From assembly GCF_006345805.1 (NCBI RefSeq), contig NC_043001.1:2666001-2730000 (forward strand): a stretch of DNA of 64,000 bases. Direction: 5' to 3'. Positions 38,794-52,935 of the stretch are shown here, piece after piece. Origin of the DNA: Octopus sinensis (lineage: Eukaryota). The number at the start of each line of letters is the position of its first letter. Positions within the stretch are counted from its first letter, which is position 1. Below the pieces are notes generated by a model. The model saw only the letters and a list, made by a program, of their open reading frames with translations. It made no database searches and was not told where the DNA came from. The translations under genes and the position numbers were made by a program.

Positions 38794-39884
38794 TTAAAGA
38801 AACATTAATGTGGCTGTTGTTTCTAGCAGATAAAAGGATCTCCTCTGAAGGCTTCTTTACTGGCTCATTTTGGTAGAATTTCAGTAAAAGCCAATATTTT
38901 ACTGCATTTAGATTTTATTCTTATGCACTCAACTCAGACTTTAACAGACTTGGTAAAATATGTACCAGTAACCTACTGGGATTTGTTTGAACCAACTCTC
39001 ACCTGTGTCTCTTCTCAAATTAGCCTTTTGCTTAATCAGCAATGTGGCGCTGCAGCAGAGGTGAAGAAAATGTCTTTAGGTTTGGTGAGTAATGGCGGTG
39101 TATGCCAATTTATTCCTTCCAGCATTCTATTTAATTGGCTGCTTTCTTGAGATCTGCCTCATTATATTTAGGTCTTCGATATACAGGAAGGAGAAATTAT
39201 CACTTTTTTGTTTATTGAGCCAGAATATGGTGAGACTTTGAAAGAAGAAAAGAGAGAGAGAGAGGGGAGAAAATATACATCTATCTCTCTCTCTCTCCCT
39301 CTGACTGTCTCTCTCTGTCTCTCCCCCTCTCTCCAAGTACCTAAATGGAAATATATTTAATATACGCTCTACCTAGAACAATGCGTTCTGCAAACACTGT
39401 CAGCACCACGAATTTGATAAACACTGTATCTTTCATGTATAATTTCAAACACACACACACACATACACGAATACAAAACACACACCCACACAAAACACAC
39501 ATACACGAATACAAAACACATACATGAACACAAAACACACACACACACGAGCACAAACACACACATGCACATACCGCCCACATACACCCACCCACACACA
39601 GAGACAGAATGTAAAGAAATCCATTTGACAAAGAGTGTGGAATCTTCCCTTGTCTGACAATGTTAGGAAAATATAAAGCAAACAAAAAACAAACAAAAAC
39701 AAACAAGAAAATCCATAATTGATGACTTTATGTAACGAATTTCCAGTAGCGTTCCAGTTCCAAGACATTGCAGAATTCTTTTGAAATATTAATGTTAGAA
39801 GGGAATGTTTCACTGGGGTTCCTTTACGCAAAGTGCACATGTTCTGAAAAGAATTACTCAGTTTCACCAAAATGTAAATAATCA

Positions 39885-40120
39885 TCATCATCATCATCGT
39901 TTAACATCCGTTCTCCATGCTAGCATGGGTTGGACGGTTCGACCGGGGCCTGGGAAGCCAGGAGATTGCACCAGACTCCAGTCTGATCTGGCAGTATTTC
40001 TACAGCTGGATGCCCTTCCTAATGCCGACCACTCCATGAGTGTAGTGGGTGCTTTTTACGTGCCACCGGCAAGGAAGCCAGTCGAGGCGGCACTGGCATC
40101 GGCCACTATTCGGATGGTAC
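39885..40120 (-). mobile_element. Family C repeat, young copy
   Basis: CATCATCGTTTAACATCCGTTCTCCATGCTAGCATGGGTTGGACGG.. Confidence 0.8.
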
Positions 40121-40196
40121 TTTGTGGGAGGAGGAGGAGGTGGGGGCTGCAAAATGCCCAACTGCGGACACTGGAGCAGGAATGAAGTTTGCTTAA

Positions 40197-40407
40197 CCCT
40201 TCAGAGCTCAGATTACTCTGTTAAATGGTTTGCTTGTTTATTCACATCGTTTTGTATGAATAATGCATTATTTTATTTCTTTGAGGTTTCAGAGATGCGG
40301 TTGTTTATTTTTAGAATGTTAATGTGGGGTAGGTGTGAGAGACCTGATCTGGCCGCTTTCAATGTAAATGTTTTCAACCAGATACAGTTGGTCTAAATGC
40401 TAAAAGG
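40197..40407. mobile_element. piggyBac-type MITE (second family)
   Basis: TTAA|CCCTTCAG ... CTAAAAGG|TTAA. Confidence 0.65.
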
Positions 40408-40777
40408 TTAAGTGATCCAAAAAGTATTTTTAAAAAACAAGGTCGATTTTTTTCAGTCTTAATATCAAAGCTAATGCAGGTTTAATAATAACCACAATCA
40501 TCATCCTCATCATTATGATCATCATTTAACGTCCGCTTTCCCTGCTGGCATGGGTTGGTTGATTTGACTGAGGACTGGCAAGCCAGGTGGCTGCACCAGG
40601 CTCCAATCTGATCTGGCAATGCTACTACAGCTGGATGCCCTTCCTAATGCCAACCACTCCAAGAGTGTAGAGGGTGCTTTTTATGCATCACCAGCATGGG
40701 AGCCAGTCAGGTGGCACTGGCAACAACATTATTATTATTATTATTAATATTATTATTATTATTAATATTATTATTAT

Positions 40778-40808
<31 letters not shown>

Positions 40809-40864
40809 ATTATTATTACTATTATTAATATTATTATTATTATTAATATTATTATTATTATTAC

Positions 40865-41715
40865 TTTTTTTTTCTTCTTTCAAATTTGCTTCCATTTCTT
40901 GCCGAGTGTCTCCCGACTCCTAGGGCAAAGAAACTCATAGTATACATTGGTAGGCCATTAAACCAAACTCAATAGTTCGTTCATTTTTTTTTTTTTTTTT
41001 AAGTTATATTAAAATACATGAGCAGCAACAGTTCTCACATCGACAATGCTTTTCTCAATACGTGTGATGTACCAGTTAAGACAATCTTTTGCACTTCTTG
41101 CAGGGATGGTAAGCCAGGGATCATTCTCATATGATTTTCGGTTCCCTTCTTGATCATTCCTAGTGCTCCTATGATCACTGGTATTGTAACCGCCTTGAGA
41201 TGCCACATTTTCTCAGTTTCAATGAGTAGGTTTTTATATTTTCTGAGCTTGTCAAACTCTTTCGCTGAGATATTATGATCACAGGGGATGCTCATGTCGA
41301 TCAATAAGCAAACTTTATTGTTTTGGTCTTTCACAACAATATCTGGTTTATTGGCCTTGATGGTTCGGTCTGTATGTACTGGAAAGTCCCACAGAATGGT
41401 TACATTTTCTCCTTCAGTTACAGCTTCAGGGTGGTGATTATACCACTTGTCGGCAGTTTTGATATTGTAATGCTGACTTATTAGCCAGTGTAGATATTGG
41501 CCAACTCTGTCATGTCTTAATTTATACTCCACTGGTGCTAAGACTTTACATCCAGAGATTAGGTGGTCCACTGTTTCAATCATGTCGTTGCAGAATCGGC
41601 ATTTTGGGTCTGCTCCATTTTTCATCACATTGGCCTGGTAGTTCCGGGTTAATAGGCTTTGATCTTGAGCAGCCAGGATGAAACCTTTGCTCTCTGCTTT
41701 TAGCCCTGAGCTTCG
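40865..41715 (-). mobile_element. R4/Dong-like non-LTR retrotransposon, 5'-truncated, uninterrupted zinc-knuckle + RLE frame, inside an (AAT)n tract
   Basis: GFILAAQDQSL, CRFC..ETVDHLISGC (CCHC), RHD, KPDIVVKD..LIDMSIP..KEFDKLRKY, PVIIGALG; (AAT)n on both sides. Confidence 0.92.
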
Positions 41716-41748
41716 TAATAATATTATTATCATTATTATTATTATTAA

Positions 41749-41779
<31 letters not shown>

Positions 41780-41804
41780 GTTGTGTTGTTGTTGTTGTTG
41801 TTGC

Positions 41805-41845
<41 letters not shown>

Positions 41846-43505
41846 TATTATTATTATTATTATTATATTTGTCCATCAATCAAATCAAATTAATCTAATA
41901 ATAATGGAAAAGTAATGTTTCAAATCAGTTCAAATATGTTTCTATGTTCGTTTTTCTTGCAATTAAGTTTTTCAGGAGGATGTGCAAAACATTTCCATTG
42001 CCCCATAAAAATATAGGTTATGTGCTTGCATCTCCTTCACTCCTTCTTCCAAGGCCTAAGACAGTGAAATATGTAAGTCCTCCTCCTTTTAAACAAAGTC
42101 CTCAGAGTTAAATCTTATTTCTGCTGTCCATACTACTTCTAGTATTCAATACTGGACGCTTGGTTGCTCATGGAGCGGAGAAATGGAGCTGTGTTTCACT
42201 GGCTGTGAAAATAACAGATGCAAACTTGCAAACGTTCAACAGAAATATTTATGACCAGACATAAAGATATTTGGTGATTGCTATTTACAATAAACATCAT
42301 TAATAACTGCTGAATGAGAAATAAAAGGGGAAAATAAACCACATTGCTGACACAAAGTTACTTATGAGATATTGCGTGAATGTTCAGAATGGGTTTGTCC
42401 AAGAACCTAGAGTTGTCTACATAAGTGTCCAGAGCTATCTGTCAAGCAAGAATGGAGGTGTGAGCCAGTAAACTGCCTTCAACTCTCTGCGATTAATAGA
42501 GTGCCAAAATAGTTTTTATGGGGGACGAGAAGAGCATTGGAGAAAAACCTTATGACACCACAGTCTCATGCTGATTGGTTGATTAATAGATCGATCACAT
42601 GAAATTATGGTGGTTCACCTGTGGTGTATGACTGAGAATCTAGTGGTTAGGTTTCAAATCACAACTACAATAGCATTTCCAAGTTTGGTATATCAGTATA
42701 TTTCTAGTAAATATTAGCAGACAAAACATAATTGGAATCAAAGATATAGAATGATTAGAGTTTGATGTTGTTACAGGGATGACTGTGCGGTTAAGAAGTT
42801 TACACTGCAAATACAAGGTTTCAGTTTCAGTTCCATCTCACAGCACATTAGATAAGTGTCTGTCTTCCACTATAGCTCAAGACTGAATAATGCCTTATGA
42901 GAGGAATTGGTAGATGGAAACTGTATGGAAGCCTATTGCATATGTGTACACACACACACAAATACACCTAACCCTTATCTTCATAGTTATCATTGCTTTA
43001 AAGCCCACCTTTATAGGCTTGTATTGGATTAGACAACGTTTGTTGATGCAGATTTTCTAGGGTTAAATGCCATTCCTGTTTCCAAGCAAGATAATATTTC
43101 TTCATGGCCAGAAATTTTTAGGTTAGATTACAAATAATAAAAAAAAGGGCCATTTCTATGACTGTGACACATGTTTGAAAGTGTTTCATGATGTCAAATC
43201 AAGGACAGACACACAGGTTATTTATTAACAATCTGACTCAGCTCCAAGGAAATTAAAGTTTCATAAGCTTGTAGAACGAACCCAGATTGTCAAGAATTTG
43301 GGGATCAAGCAACAGGAAATGAGACGGGTTCAAGATGGCTTCTAGATGTTAGGACTTGATTGGTCAACTCAAATCACGTGGTGTTATTGATTTGGAAGTG
43401 ACATCAGTTTTTTGCAAATGCAGTGACACATGGCAGAGTGGAATGATGTTGTAGGTCAATGTTTCCTGGTGCTGACTAAAATTCGGTGGCGCTAGGTTAG
43501 ACTGC

Positions 43506-45010
43506 TGACACCTCATTGCAAAGAAGCCTTTTTCATCAGATGACTTCATAGACTTCAAATGCAAATGACAAACCAACTGATTTAACATATTCATATCACC
43601 AAACGAGCTCAAATATTTACATTGATTCTGTTGCCATTTCTTTGGCCGAATGACTTTAGAAAAAATAGTCCATGTAGTGCTGAATCTACTAGGATTTAGA
43701 GGTTTTAGAGGGTGGAGGTGGGAGGAATAATTGAGAGTGGTGACCTAGTTACATACACTTCAAAGACAATGGGGGGAAATGTAGCCTTCAACCATTCAAA
43801 ATTAAATCTGTTGGGAGTTGTAGCTGTATTCTAGACAAAGGTGATAAATTAATTAATATCATGACAACCTACCAGACTAAGAACTGGAACCTTATATCCA
43901 ACTCTGTCTTCTACACCAAAGGGTAAGGCTTGGGCTGGCAAAAGAGGGGGGAATGCCAGATGGGGAAGGGGTGATAGTTGGAAGAAAGAAGGATAGGAAA
44001 AGCTAATAATATTTAAATTTGATTGTCATCTTAAAGGTAAAAAAACAAACTAAAGGAATAAGTATTAGAAATTAGGGGTGGAAGACAAGTACAGAGAATA
44101 AGGGAAGGGGCACATTGCAACTTGGCATAATGTCATTAATGTAATTAAATATACAGATGAAGTTGAGAAGTTACACTTGAAAATTTTAAGAAGGAGACAC
44201 TTCAAACAATAAGAGAAATATTAAGATTTTTCATAAATGTAGTGTATAGAATATCCTGGATGAGTGTATAACGGAAATATTTATGATATGAATAGATATT
44301 CATAGTATGCAATTAAACTGATATTAAAACCATTCCCATTAAATTTGGGTGGATAAAGATAGAATATAGTAAGAAATGAGATCTATTGTACAGGATAAGT
44401 AAATTAGAGATATTAATTATATAAAGAAATACATTCGGATAAAAGATTTAAACAAATTTCGTCCTATAATCACAAAATGAATATTATGTATAATTAAAAA
44501 ATATAATAAAATAAGATTACAGTATATGGTGAATTTTACAAAAAATATTGCTATGAATTTATAAGCTATAAAACCATACAAATATATAAAGGATATATTA
44601 AGGTATAAAATTATAAAAATAAAATGTAAGAATTTGTAAGACATAATGTGTAATTAAAAAATATGTAATAATATAAAATATAAAAACCATAAAAATATAT
44701 TAAAATGTATATAAAGGCATAAAATATTAAAATATAGAATATAAAAATTTATAAAGCTTAAGAAAAATATTTTTAATTTTGTACAGAAAGTCTACTTGAA
44801 TGTCCTCCCCCCCCCCCACACTAAAACCTCTAAATTCTAGTAGATTCAGCACTACATGGAGTATTTTTCTAAACACATTTGGCTACAGAAAAGGCAACAG
44901 AATGAATGTAAATATTTGAGCTCCGTTGGTGATATATGTTAAATCAGTTGGTTTGTCCTTTCTGCTGGGAGTCATTTGATGAAAAATGATTTCTTTGCGA
45001 TGATGTGACA
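43506..45010. repeat. ~210-bp imperfect inverted repeats flanking ~1.1 kb of AT-rich sequence
   Basis: 43506-43726 vs 44803-45010, e.g. CATGTAGTGCTGAATCTACTAG / CTAGTAGATTCAGCACTACATG. Confidence 0.8.
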
Positions 45011-45299
45011 TTTTCATTAACCAATTAAAGGAGTCACTTGAAACGGCAGTAATGAATTGACAGCTGTACATCTTAGTTACTCATATATATATATATATAT
45101 ACATATATATAATCGAAATAAGCAACAAGGATATCCAGAGGTAATACAATACGATCGTTTCATGTGACTCCATTTAATTGAACAATGAAAATATTACAGC
45201 AATTTTAAAACGTAAAGCAATCTTCAGCTGCATAAGAATATAGAATTTAGTTAAATTCAAAGGATTCATTTGTATATTTTTCTTATTATCCAAAATCAC

Positions 45300-46900
45300 A
45301 AAGAGGATAAGTAGATAGACAAAGAGCATGTTTCATCAACAACATCATAGTTGTAACTGAGATTTTTCACAGGAAGACACTGCTTAGCATTGGTTTTACT
45401 TTGTTATTTAGATTTATTACTGGTGGGGGTGGGGTATAAATTTATAGACTAGTTTATCAAGTTTAATGGAAACTAGAATCTATCTTTTATGGATAGAGTA
45501 AAAAGTCAGTTTAATTGGCAGAGTCATAAATCAAGATCCCTTTGAAGTAGAAACCATTGGGGTTCAGTAAGAATACATTCCAGCCAAAATTTGCAGACTA
45601 AAGCTGATGGGGGAAGGGAGAGTAAAACTTATAATACTTAACTATTTGACAGCCATAAACCCAATGATAATTCGAAATACATAGGTACATTTTAGAGAGT
45701 TTTTTTTACAAGAAGTCAGAATATTTTCAGTATTTTACACAATAGAGGGATGGAGAATATAGAAATAATTCCATATTTATATATTTCTATACTAACTTAA
45801 CATATATTTATAGTTAATAATTAAATAGTAATTTTTGGTTAAATTAAAGGAATATGTTAAAAATTTCATATATTTTCTATATGCTAATAATCTTAGAATA
45901 TATTTCTTGTATTATAAAATAGAGAGTGAAATATATCAGTATGGTTCTGTATAGGTTGAGTGTGAACTCTATAGAAAGGTATTATCAATAAAATGATATA
46001 GCGGGTAAATAAGTAAGAAAAATGGTTTAAAATTAAAATGAGTATAATGAAAAATAAATATAAATTCCTGTAGAATATTATAGACAAGGGGTAGAACAGA
46101 TTTGTGTTCTAAAAACTTATTATGAGATATAACTAGCTTATTTGTATTAATAGGTGCGGTAAGTTGCTAGAAGAAATTTTCTTATAATTCTATAATTTTT
46201 AGACTAAAATTTATATTTACTTATCATGAGAATATCTATAAATGACTGGTGTTTAACGTCGGGTAAAGCGATGATCAAGTTATTGGACAAAAATTATATT
46301 ATTAACAAAACTTTTATAAAATTTTGGGTTCTATTATAGATTTAAGAAAAAGTTATTATTATTCCTTATATGATAATTTATAATTATTAATTGGTACTTA
46401 AAGACTGTTATTTACTTATTTATTTATAAATAAGTAAAGACCATTTTATAAGTACCAATTCATAAAGCTTTCTAATACATACAAAGATCATGAGGGTAGA
46501 GTTGTTTTAGAGAAATAGAAACCAAGTAACTTAGATATTATTATCTATTCTTTATCAGGTTTTGAATATTAATTGAGGGGATTTAGAAGATCTTTTAAGA
46601 GGAGATTCTCAGTAAATAAGGCATTGACTTACATACCAAAATCTTTAAAATACAATGGAAGGGAGGTAACCAAAATGTAAGTTACTAAAATAGAAATATT
46701 TTAATTTAGTATTAAGAGTGATGTGTAGTTATATGGGGTATAATAATTTAAGCTTATTAGAGGTAATACTTATAATATTGAAAAAGGATTAGGTGGAGTA
46801 GAATTCTTGCAGGAATAGATATGGAAATTACCAAATCTTTAAAACCTATTGTGGATTAAGTATACAACTTAATAACTTCATTAGATATATAGAATTTATT
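45300..46900 (-). pseudogene. Highly degraded non-LTR (L1/Tx1-like) reverse transcriptase region
   Basis: Minus-strand remnants in RT order: KPDKE, ALPDVKHQSFIDIL (AFD.V.H-like), KIIEL*..LTAPINTN..LPLVYNILQEF (LSPLLFNI-like); many stops. Confidence 0.4.
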
Positions 46901-46924
46901 ATATATAGAGATATATAGAGTTTA

Positions 46925-47500
46925 TATCATCATCATCATCATCATCATCGTCGTTTAACGTCCGCTTTCCATGCTAGCATGGGTTGGATGGTTTGACTGT
47001 GGGCTGGCGAACCAGATGGCTGCACTAGGCTCCGGTCTTAATCTGGCAGAGTTTCTACAGCTGGATTCCCTTCCAAATGCCAATCACTCCGAGAGTGTAG
47101 TGGGTGCTTTTACGTGCCTCTGGCATGGGGGCCAGTGAGGCGGTACTGGCAATGACCTCGCTCGAATTTTTTTCTACATGCCAATCACACAGGTGCCAGT
47201 AATGCAATGCTGGTAACGATCACGCTCAAATGGTGCCTCCTACACGCCACTGGCACGGAAGCCAGTTAGCCGCTCTGGCAACAATCATGCTCGTTTGGTG
47301 CTCGTGCCCATCATCGAATTTCACTTTGATTTTGATTTTGATTTCATTTGCCTCAACAGGTCTTTGCAAGCAGAGTTTAGTGTCCAAAGAAGGAAAAGGT
47401 ACGCACAAGTGGGCTGGTTACACCTCTGGCAGAGGCCACGAGGTTATGGTCTCATTTGGCTTGCCAGGTCTTCTCAAACACAGCATATTTCCAAAGGTCT
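46925..47500 (-). mobile_element. Family C repeat (long copy)
   Basis: Family C tail plus internal tandem subunits. Confidence 0.8.
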
Positions 47501-47502
47501 CG

Positions 47503-47559
<57 letters not shown>

Positions 47560-47570
47560 TATATATATAC

Positions 47571-47615
<45 letters not shown>

Positions 47616-47814
47616 CATACATATATATATATATGCCAGTGGCATGTAAAAAGCACCCACTACACTCTCGGAGTAGTTGGCATCAAGAAGGGCATCCAGG
47701 TGTCCTCAGTACAAACCGTGCAACCCATGCCAGCATGGAAAGCGAAAAAGCTAATGTCAAACAATGATGGTGGTGATGATGATGATGATATATATATATA
47801 TATGTAATGGCAAG

Positions 47815-47884
<70 letters not shown>

Positions 47885-48255
47885 TTCTTTTACTTTTTTC
47901 TGTCATTTGACTGTCGCCATGCTAGAGAAGCACCTTTAGCCAAACAAATCAACCCCAAGACTTATTCTTGGTAATCCGAGTACTTATTTTATCAGTCTGT
48001 TTTGCTGAACTGCCATGTAACAGGGACATAAACTCACTGACATCAGTTGTCAAGCAACGATAAGAGGACAAACGCAGACACAAACATATACTTACATATA
48101 TATATACAATGGGCTTCTTTCAGTTTCCATCTATCAAATCCCCTCACAAGGCTATGGTAGAAGACACTTCCCCAAGGTTCCATGCAGTGGGACCAAACCT
48201 GGAACCATGTGGTTGGGAAGCAAGCTTCTTACCACACAGTAACTCCTGCGCCTAT
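47885..48255 (-). mobile_element. SINE family A, full length
   Basis: Reverse match to 36988-37375. Confidence 0.75.
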
Positions 48256-48661
48256 ATAAATATATTGTTGAAAAAAGATTAGAGATGTATAGAAATCGAA
48301 TTTTTAGATATAAAAGATGGACGTGGAAATAACACAGAAGTAAGTCTAAGACATTTCAATTTAAGAGGGAATTCAATAAAAATGATTAAAAATCCTAATC
48401 GAAAGAATTACCAGTTTCAATGTATCTCATCAAATATCAGCAAAATTTTATAAAAATTTGAAGTCTGTCTTCAGTCTGGGGGGTCAAGATATGTCTGGAG
48501 GTTTTTCTTTGAAGTCTTCTTTGAATATAGTTTGGTATAGATTTCAAAGTGTTAGAGAGTGAGAGAAGGAGTGTCTATTGTCTAAAAGAAATCTTTGTGT
48601 GTTCCTGTCAAGGGAGTGGCTAAAAAGCATTTATTGAATGGGTTTTATGTCTACCTGTGTG

Positions 48662-48707
<46 letters not shown>

Positions 48708-48938
48708 GCTTTGAATGTCCTTTCAATATATTTGGAAAGTGACCAGCTGTGAGTTGACAGGTGTGTATATTGTGAAGAACATTTTGCTGAAGAAAGAATT
48801 AAGAGACTTTTGGGGTTAGATGAATTCTTTTGAGTGTCCCCACCTGCGTGTATCTGTGTATGTTCATGTGTGTGTATGAGTGCATGTATAGGTGTGCTAC
48901 TGCGTATGTGTGAGTGTATGTATGGGTGTATGTAAACA

Positions 48939-49504
48939 GTGGGTTGTCTGGAAAGATCATGCCGATATTTAAAGGAAAGAAAAAGATCAATAAATACTTG
49001 CCATTACATTTTTAATCAACCAAATATGAACCATTTTGTTGCACAATGCGTCTCTATCTTTCCTTTAACTTGAAAATACCCTCTTCCCAGAATTGAGGTG
49101 GTTTCATGGCAATGAATTCATCAAGGTATCTTTTTACGTCATCCAAGGAATTGAAATTTTTACCATTAAGACTATTCTGCAGAGACCTGACTAAGTGGAA
49201 ATCCGAAGGAGCAATATCTGGAGAATATGGAGGGTGGAGTAACACATCCCAGCCGAGCTGCAGCAAGTTTTGTCTGGTTCCCAAAGCATCAAGTGCTGAA
49301 AAGGAACTTTCTTATCTTCCATTTTAAAGGGTTACAGAATTAACACAGGTTATAGGAACATAAACCTTCTTCCACGAAAAGATAGCTTCAACTGTGTTCT
49401 AAATGGAGGTGGAGTCAAATCCTATTTTATGGACTCAACCATGTTCTAAAATAAGTCAAAATGTAAGCTACCAAAAATCAGCACGAACTTTCTGGACAAC
49501 CCAA
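48939..49504 (-). mobile_element. Mariner DNA transposon, internally deleted (~565 bp)
   Basis: TIRs GGGTTGTCTGGAAAGATCATGCCGAT / (rc)GGGTTGTCCAGAAAGTTCGTGCTGAT; HPPYSPDIAPSDFHLVRSLQNSLNGKNF..FWEEGIFKL. Confidence 0.92.
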
Positions 49505-49760
49505 TATATATACACACACATATGTATATTCTTTTCTCCTTTAACTTGTTTCAGTGATTTGACTGTGACCATGCTGTAGCACCACCTTATAGGGTTTTAG
49601 TTGAAGAAATCGACCCCAGGACTAAATCTTTGTAAACCTAGTGCTTATTCTATTGAACTCTTTTGCCAAACTGCTAAGTTATGGGGATGTAAACACATCA
49701 ACATTGGTCATCAAGTGATGGTGGGGAACAAACACAGACATAAAGACACTCACATAATAC

Positions 49761-49801
<41 letters not shown>

Positions 49802-50007
49802 TATATTCTGATATATAATTATAAAGATAGAATTATAGCAAAAGGGTGCTATAATTATATCTATATAATTATATATCAGTATAAATATTTACCTGAATGG
49901 AGTTAAAATGCTGGCCACTTAATAGAATCATCAAATGGTTTTATCCTTCATTAATTGAATGTATATATATATATATATTATATATATATATATGTATATA
50001 TATAATT

Positions 50008-50239
50008 TTTGACAATGATAAGAAAATGCTAAGTGGGGCTTTTTGTTTAAACAGTTCACATGAAAGTTTTCAAAATAGGTAGTGAAATAAATTTATGATT
50101 ACTTTAATTTCATAAAAAATTACGGTTGTATGGAAGGCATGAACTTTAAATAATTACAAATTTACAACCTATTTTGAACACTTTCATGTAAACAGTTTAA
50201 ACAAAAAACCCCAGTTAACAGTCTCTTGTCATTGTCAAA
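50008..50239. mobile_element. MITE-like element with ~80-bp TIRs
   Basis: TTTGACAATGATAAGA..TTTGTTTAAACAGTTCACATGAAAG.. vs ..CTTTCATGTAAACAGTTTAAACAAA..CTTGTCATTGTCAAA. Confidence 0.7.
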
Positions 50240-51091
50240 GATTCCATTTCTTAACATTATCTTGTCATTGTCAAAGACTGTATGACTGTATTTTAATACA
50301 ATTGGGATAACCAGTTTTTAACACAACAAAGCTTATACAAAGCTTTACATTTCACTTTTGATAATCTTTTTTTTTAAAAAAGTGAAACCGGTCGAGTCAA
50401 TAAACATCTCTAAAAGACCTCTGCATTTTCAAACCCTCTTTCCTCTATATTTTCACTCATGCAGCACCTTGCAACAACATATATGATGTGCCCCCCACAT
50501 TATGCAAGTTCAATAATTTACGTTAAAACTGAGGGGAGATTTCTTCTTCAATGTTGCAGGCATACAAGGGACTACATTGCCTAATGTGTCCTTCTGTTAT
50601 TGAAGATACTATTGTCTGATCAGAAGGATACTTGGCTGTTATTTCTAGTGAGTCAAACAATCACAAAAAGGTACCCACATTGCTAAAATTTTTTTAGTGT
50701 TTTGTCCAGAACAAACTGCATGTTTCCTGCTGGTTTTGAAGAGTGGCACAACCATTGAACCAAGAACTCCACAGAATAAAATGGAAAAACAAAGTCTAAG
50801 GAATGAGGAAACCAGTTGAGGAAACCGGAACATTGATTCTTTCTGATTAAAGAAAAAAACAAAAGAAATCGTTAAAGAATACCTTCCTGTATTTGGTAAA
50901 TTAACGAAAGAGAAGCTAATGTTTCTAATGTTTCTGCTAACAGCATGACATAAAAGAAACGATTGGCTTCCTCAGCGCCAGTTGACATTATGTTTCTCAA
51001 TTGTCTTTTGTTTTCAGTAGAATTTCATTTTAACAAAGAAAAGTAACAGAGAAATATTTGTAGAATTTCATCAGCAGAATTTTGAACATAG

Positions 51092-51255
51092 GTACAAATG
51101 TGGCTGTGTGGTAAGAAGCTTGCTCCCTAACCTCATGGTTCTGGGTTCAGTCCCACTGCATGGCACCTTGAGCAAGTGTCTTCTACTATAGCCTTGGGCA
51201 GACAAAACCCTTGAGAGTGGATTTAGTAGACGGAAACTGAAAGAAGACTGTTGTA
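51092..51255 (+). mobile_element. SINE family A head
   Basis: Matches the head of 36988. Confidence 0.8.
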
Positions 51256-51287
51256 TATGTGTGTGTGTGTATAGATATATATATATA

Positions 51288-51850
51288 TCATCATCGTTTA
51301 ACGTCCGTTTTCCATGCTAGCACGGGTTGGACGGTTCGACCGGGGTCTGGGAAGCCAGGGGCTGCACCAGGCTCCAGTCTGATCTGGCAGTGCTTCTACA
51401 GCTGGATGCCCTTCCTAACGCCAACCACTCCGCGAGTGTAGTGGGTGCTTTTTACATGCCACTGGCACAGGTGCCAGGGGAGTCTGGCATCGGCCACGAT
51501 TGGTTAGTGCTTTTAACATGCCACCAGCATGGAAGCCAGCCAAGGTGGTGCTGACATCGGCCACGTTCTGATGGTGCTTTTTATGTGCCACCGGCACAGA
51601 AGCCAGTCGAGGCGGCGCTGGCAATGGCCACGTTCAGATGGTGCTTTTTATGTGCCACCGGTACAGGTATCACAACTACTATTTCCATTGATATTTATTT
51701 CGATGTTCATGTACTTGACTCAACAGGTCTCCTCAAGCACAGCAGGATGTTCTGGGATCCAAGGTACTTTGAATGTGCAGGGGCTATGCAGAACTGGTGC
51801 AGGAAGCAGCCCGGCTCTTTGCAGTCACAGCATATCTCCAGAGATCTCGG
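51288..51850 (-). mobile_element. Family C repeat (long copy)
   Basis: Family C tail plus tandem subunits and a shared upstream segment (also at about 24460-24600). Confidence 0.8.
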
Positions 51851-51856
51851 TCCTTC

Positions 51857-51895
<39 letters not shown>

Positions 51896-52153
51896 GGCTG
51901 GCCAACAGGCACTTTTCAAGACACCTGCATGGTGACAGATTTGCAAAAGCTAATCCTCTTGTACCCCGTCCTTTGATTTTAATGTAGTCGTGATGACAGA
52001 TTGGCTGTCTTAATCTTCTCATCATAAATCATAGAATTATAAGATTTTTATGGCTTGCATTTGACAGGGTGAGAATGGGTATCTGTCTCTACACATCCAC
52101 ATATCTACCCATGTTAGCAAGTGTAGTCTCCTCCTCATATTTTGTTGTGTCTT

Positions 52154-52446
52154 GGGAGAGCCATTCTCTTTTACTTCCTTATTATTTAACACACTCACCG
52201 GTAAAGTTTCCACTCTTATTTATTTATTTTTCTAAAATTTTCTTTGCGGCTTGCGACCTTTTCAATAGTTATTGACTATAGTTACCTGAGCTTGAATAAA
52301 GGAGCTTGAATAAGGGACAGAGCCAACAACTATTGAAAAGGTTCCCAGCCACAAAGAAAATTTTAGAAAAATAAATAAGTAAATGAGTGGAAATATTACC
52401 AGTGAGTGTGTTAGATAATAAGGCACTAAGAGAGAATGACTCTCCC
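52154..52446. repeat. Imperfect inverted repeat (~117-bp arms) of an unassigned repeat end
   Basis: 52154-52270 vs 52328-52446. Confidence 0.75.
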
Positions 52447-52545
52447 ACACATAACAGAATATGCTTCAACACACGAACTCACATAAAGAATCTTGAAAAC
52501 TAAATCCAAAAAAGGAATAAAATATCCATATATATATATATACAT

Positions 52546-52935
52546 GATGGGCTTCATTCAGTTTCTGCCTAACAGATCCACTCACAAGGCCTTGGTCAGC
52601 CCGAGACTATAGTAGAAGACACTTGCCCAAGGTGCCATACGGTGGGACTGAACCTAGAACCATGTGGCTGGTAAGCATCCTTCCTGAGCCATGTCAGGCT
52701 CATAAGGACCAGTTTCCCAGTTTCCCAGTTTCCATGGTATATAAATTCCCCCTCCCCCCTGGATGGGATACCAGTCCATCACAGGGTCACTCAGTTTGGC
52801 CAGCTGAGTGGACAGGATCAACGTGAAATGAAATATTTTGCTCATGAACACAACACATCACCTGGACCAGGAATTGAAACCACAATCTTATGATCATGAG
52901 TCCAACACCCTAGCCACTGGGCCATATGCTTCTGC
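52546..52935 (-). mobile_element. SINE A head (52546-52680) abutting a SINE E copy (52690-52935)
   Basis: Matches to 36988 and 11205 respectively. Confidence 0.7.

Noticed and set aside
44000-46900. Possible mitochondrial insertion (NUMT) suggested by extreme AT content and hydrophobic ORFs
   Set aside because: No recognisable mitochondrial protein, rRNA or tRNA motifs; residual motifs fit a decayed LINE better.
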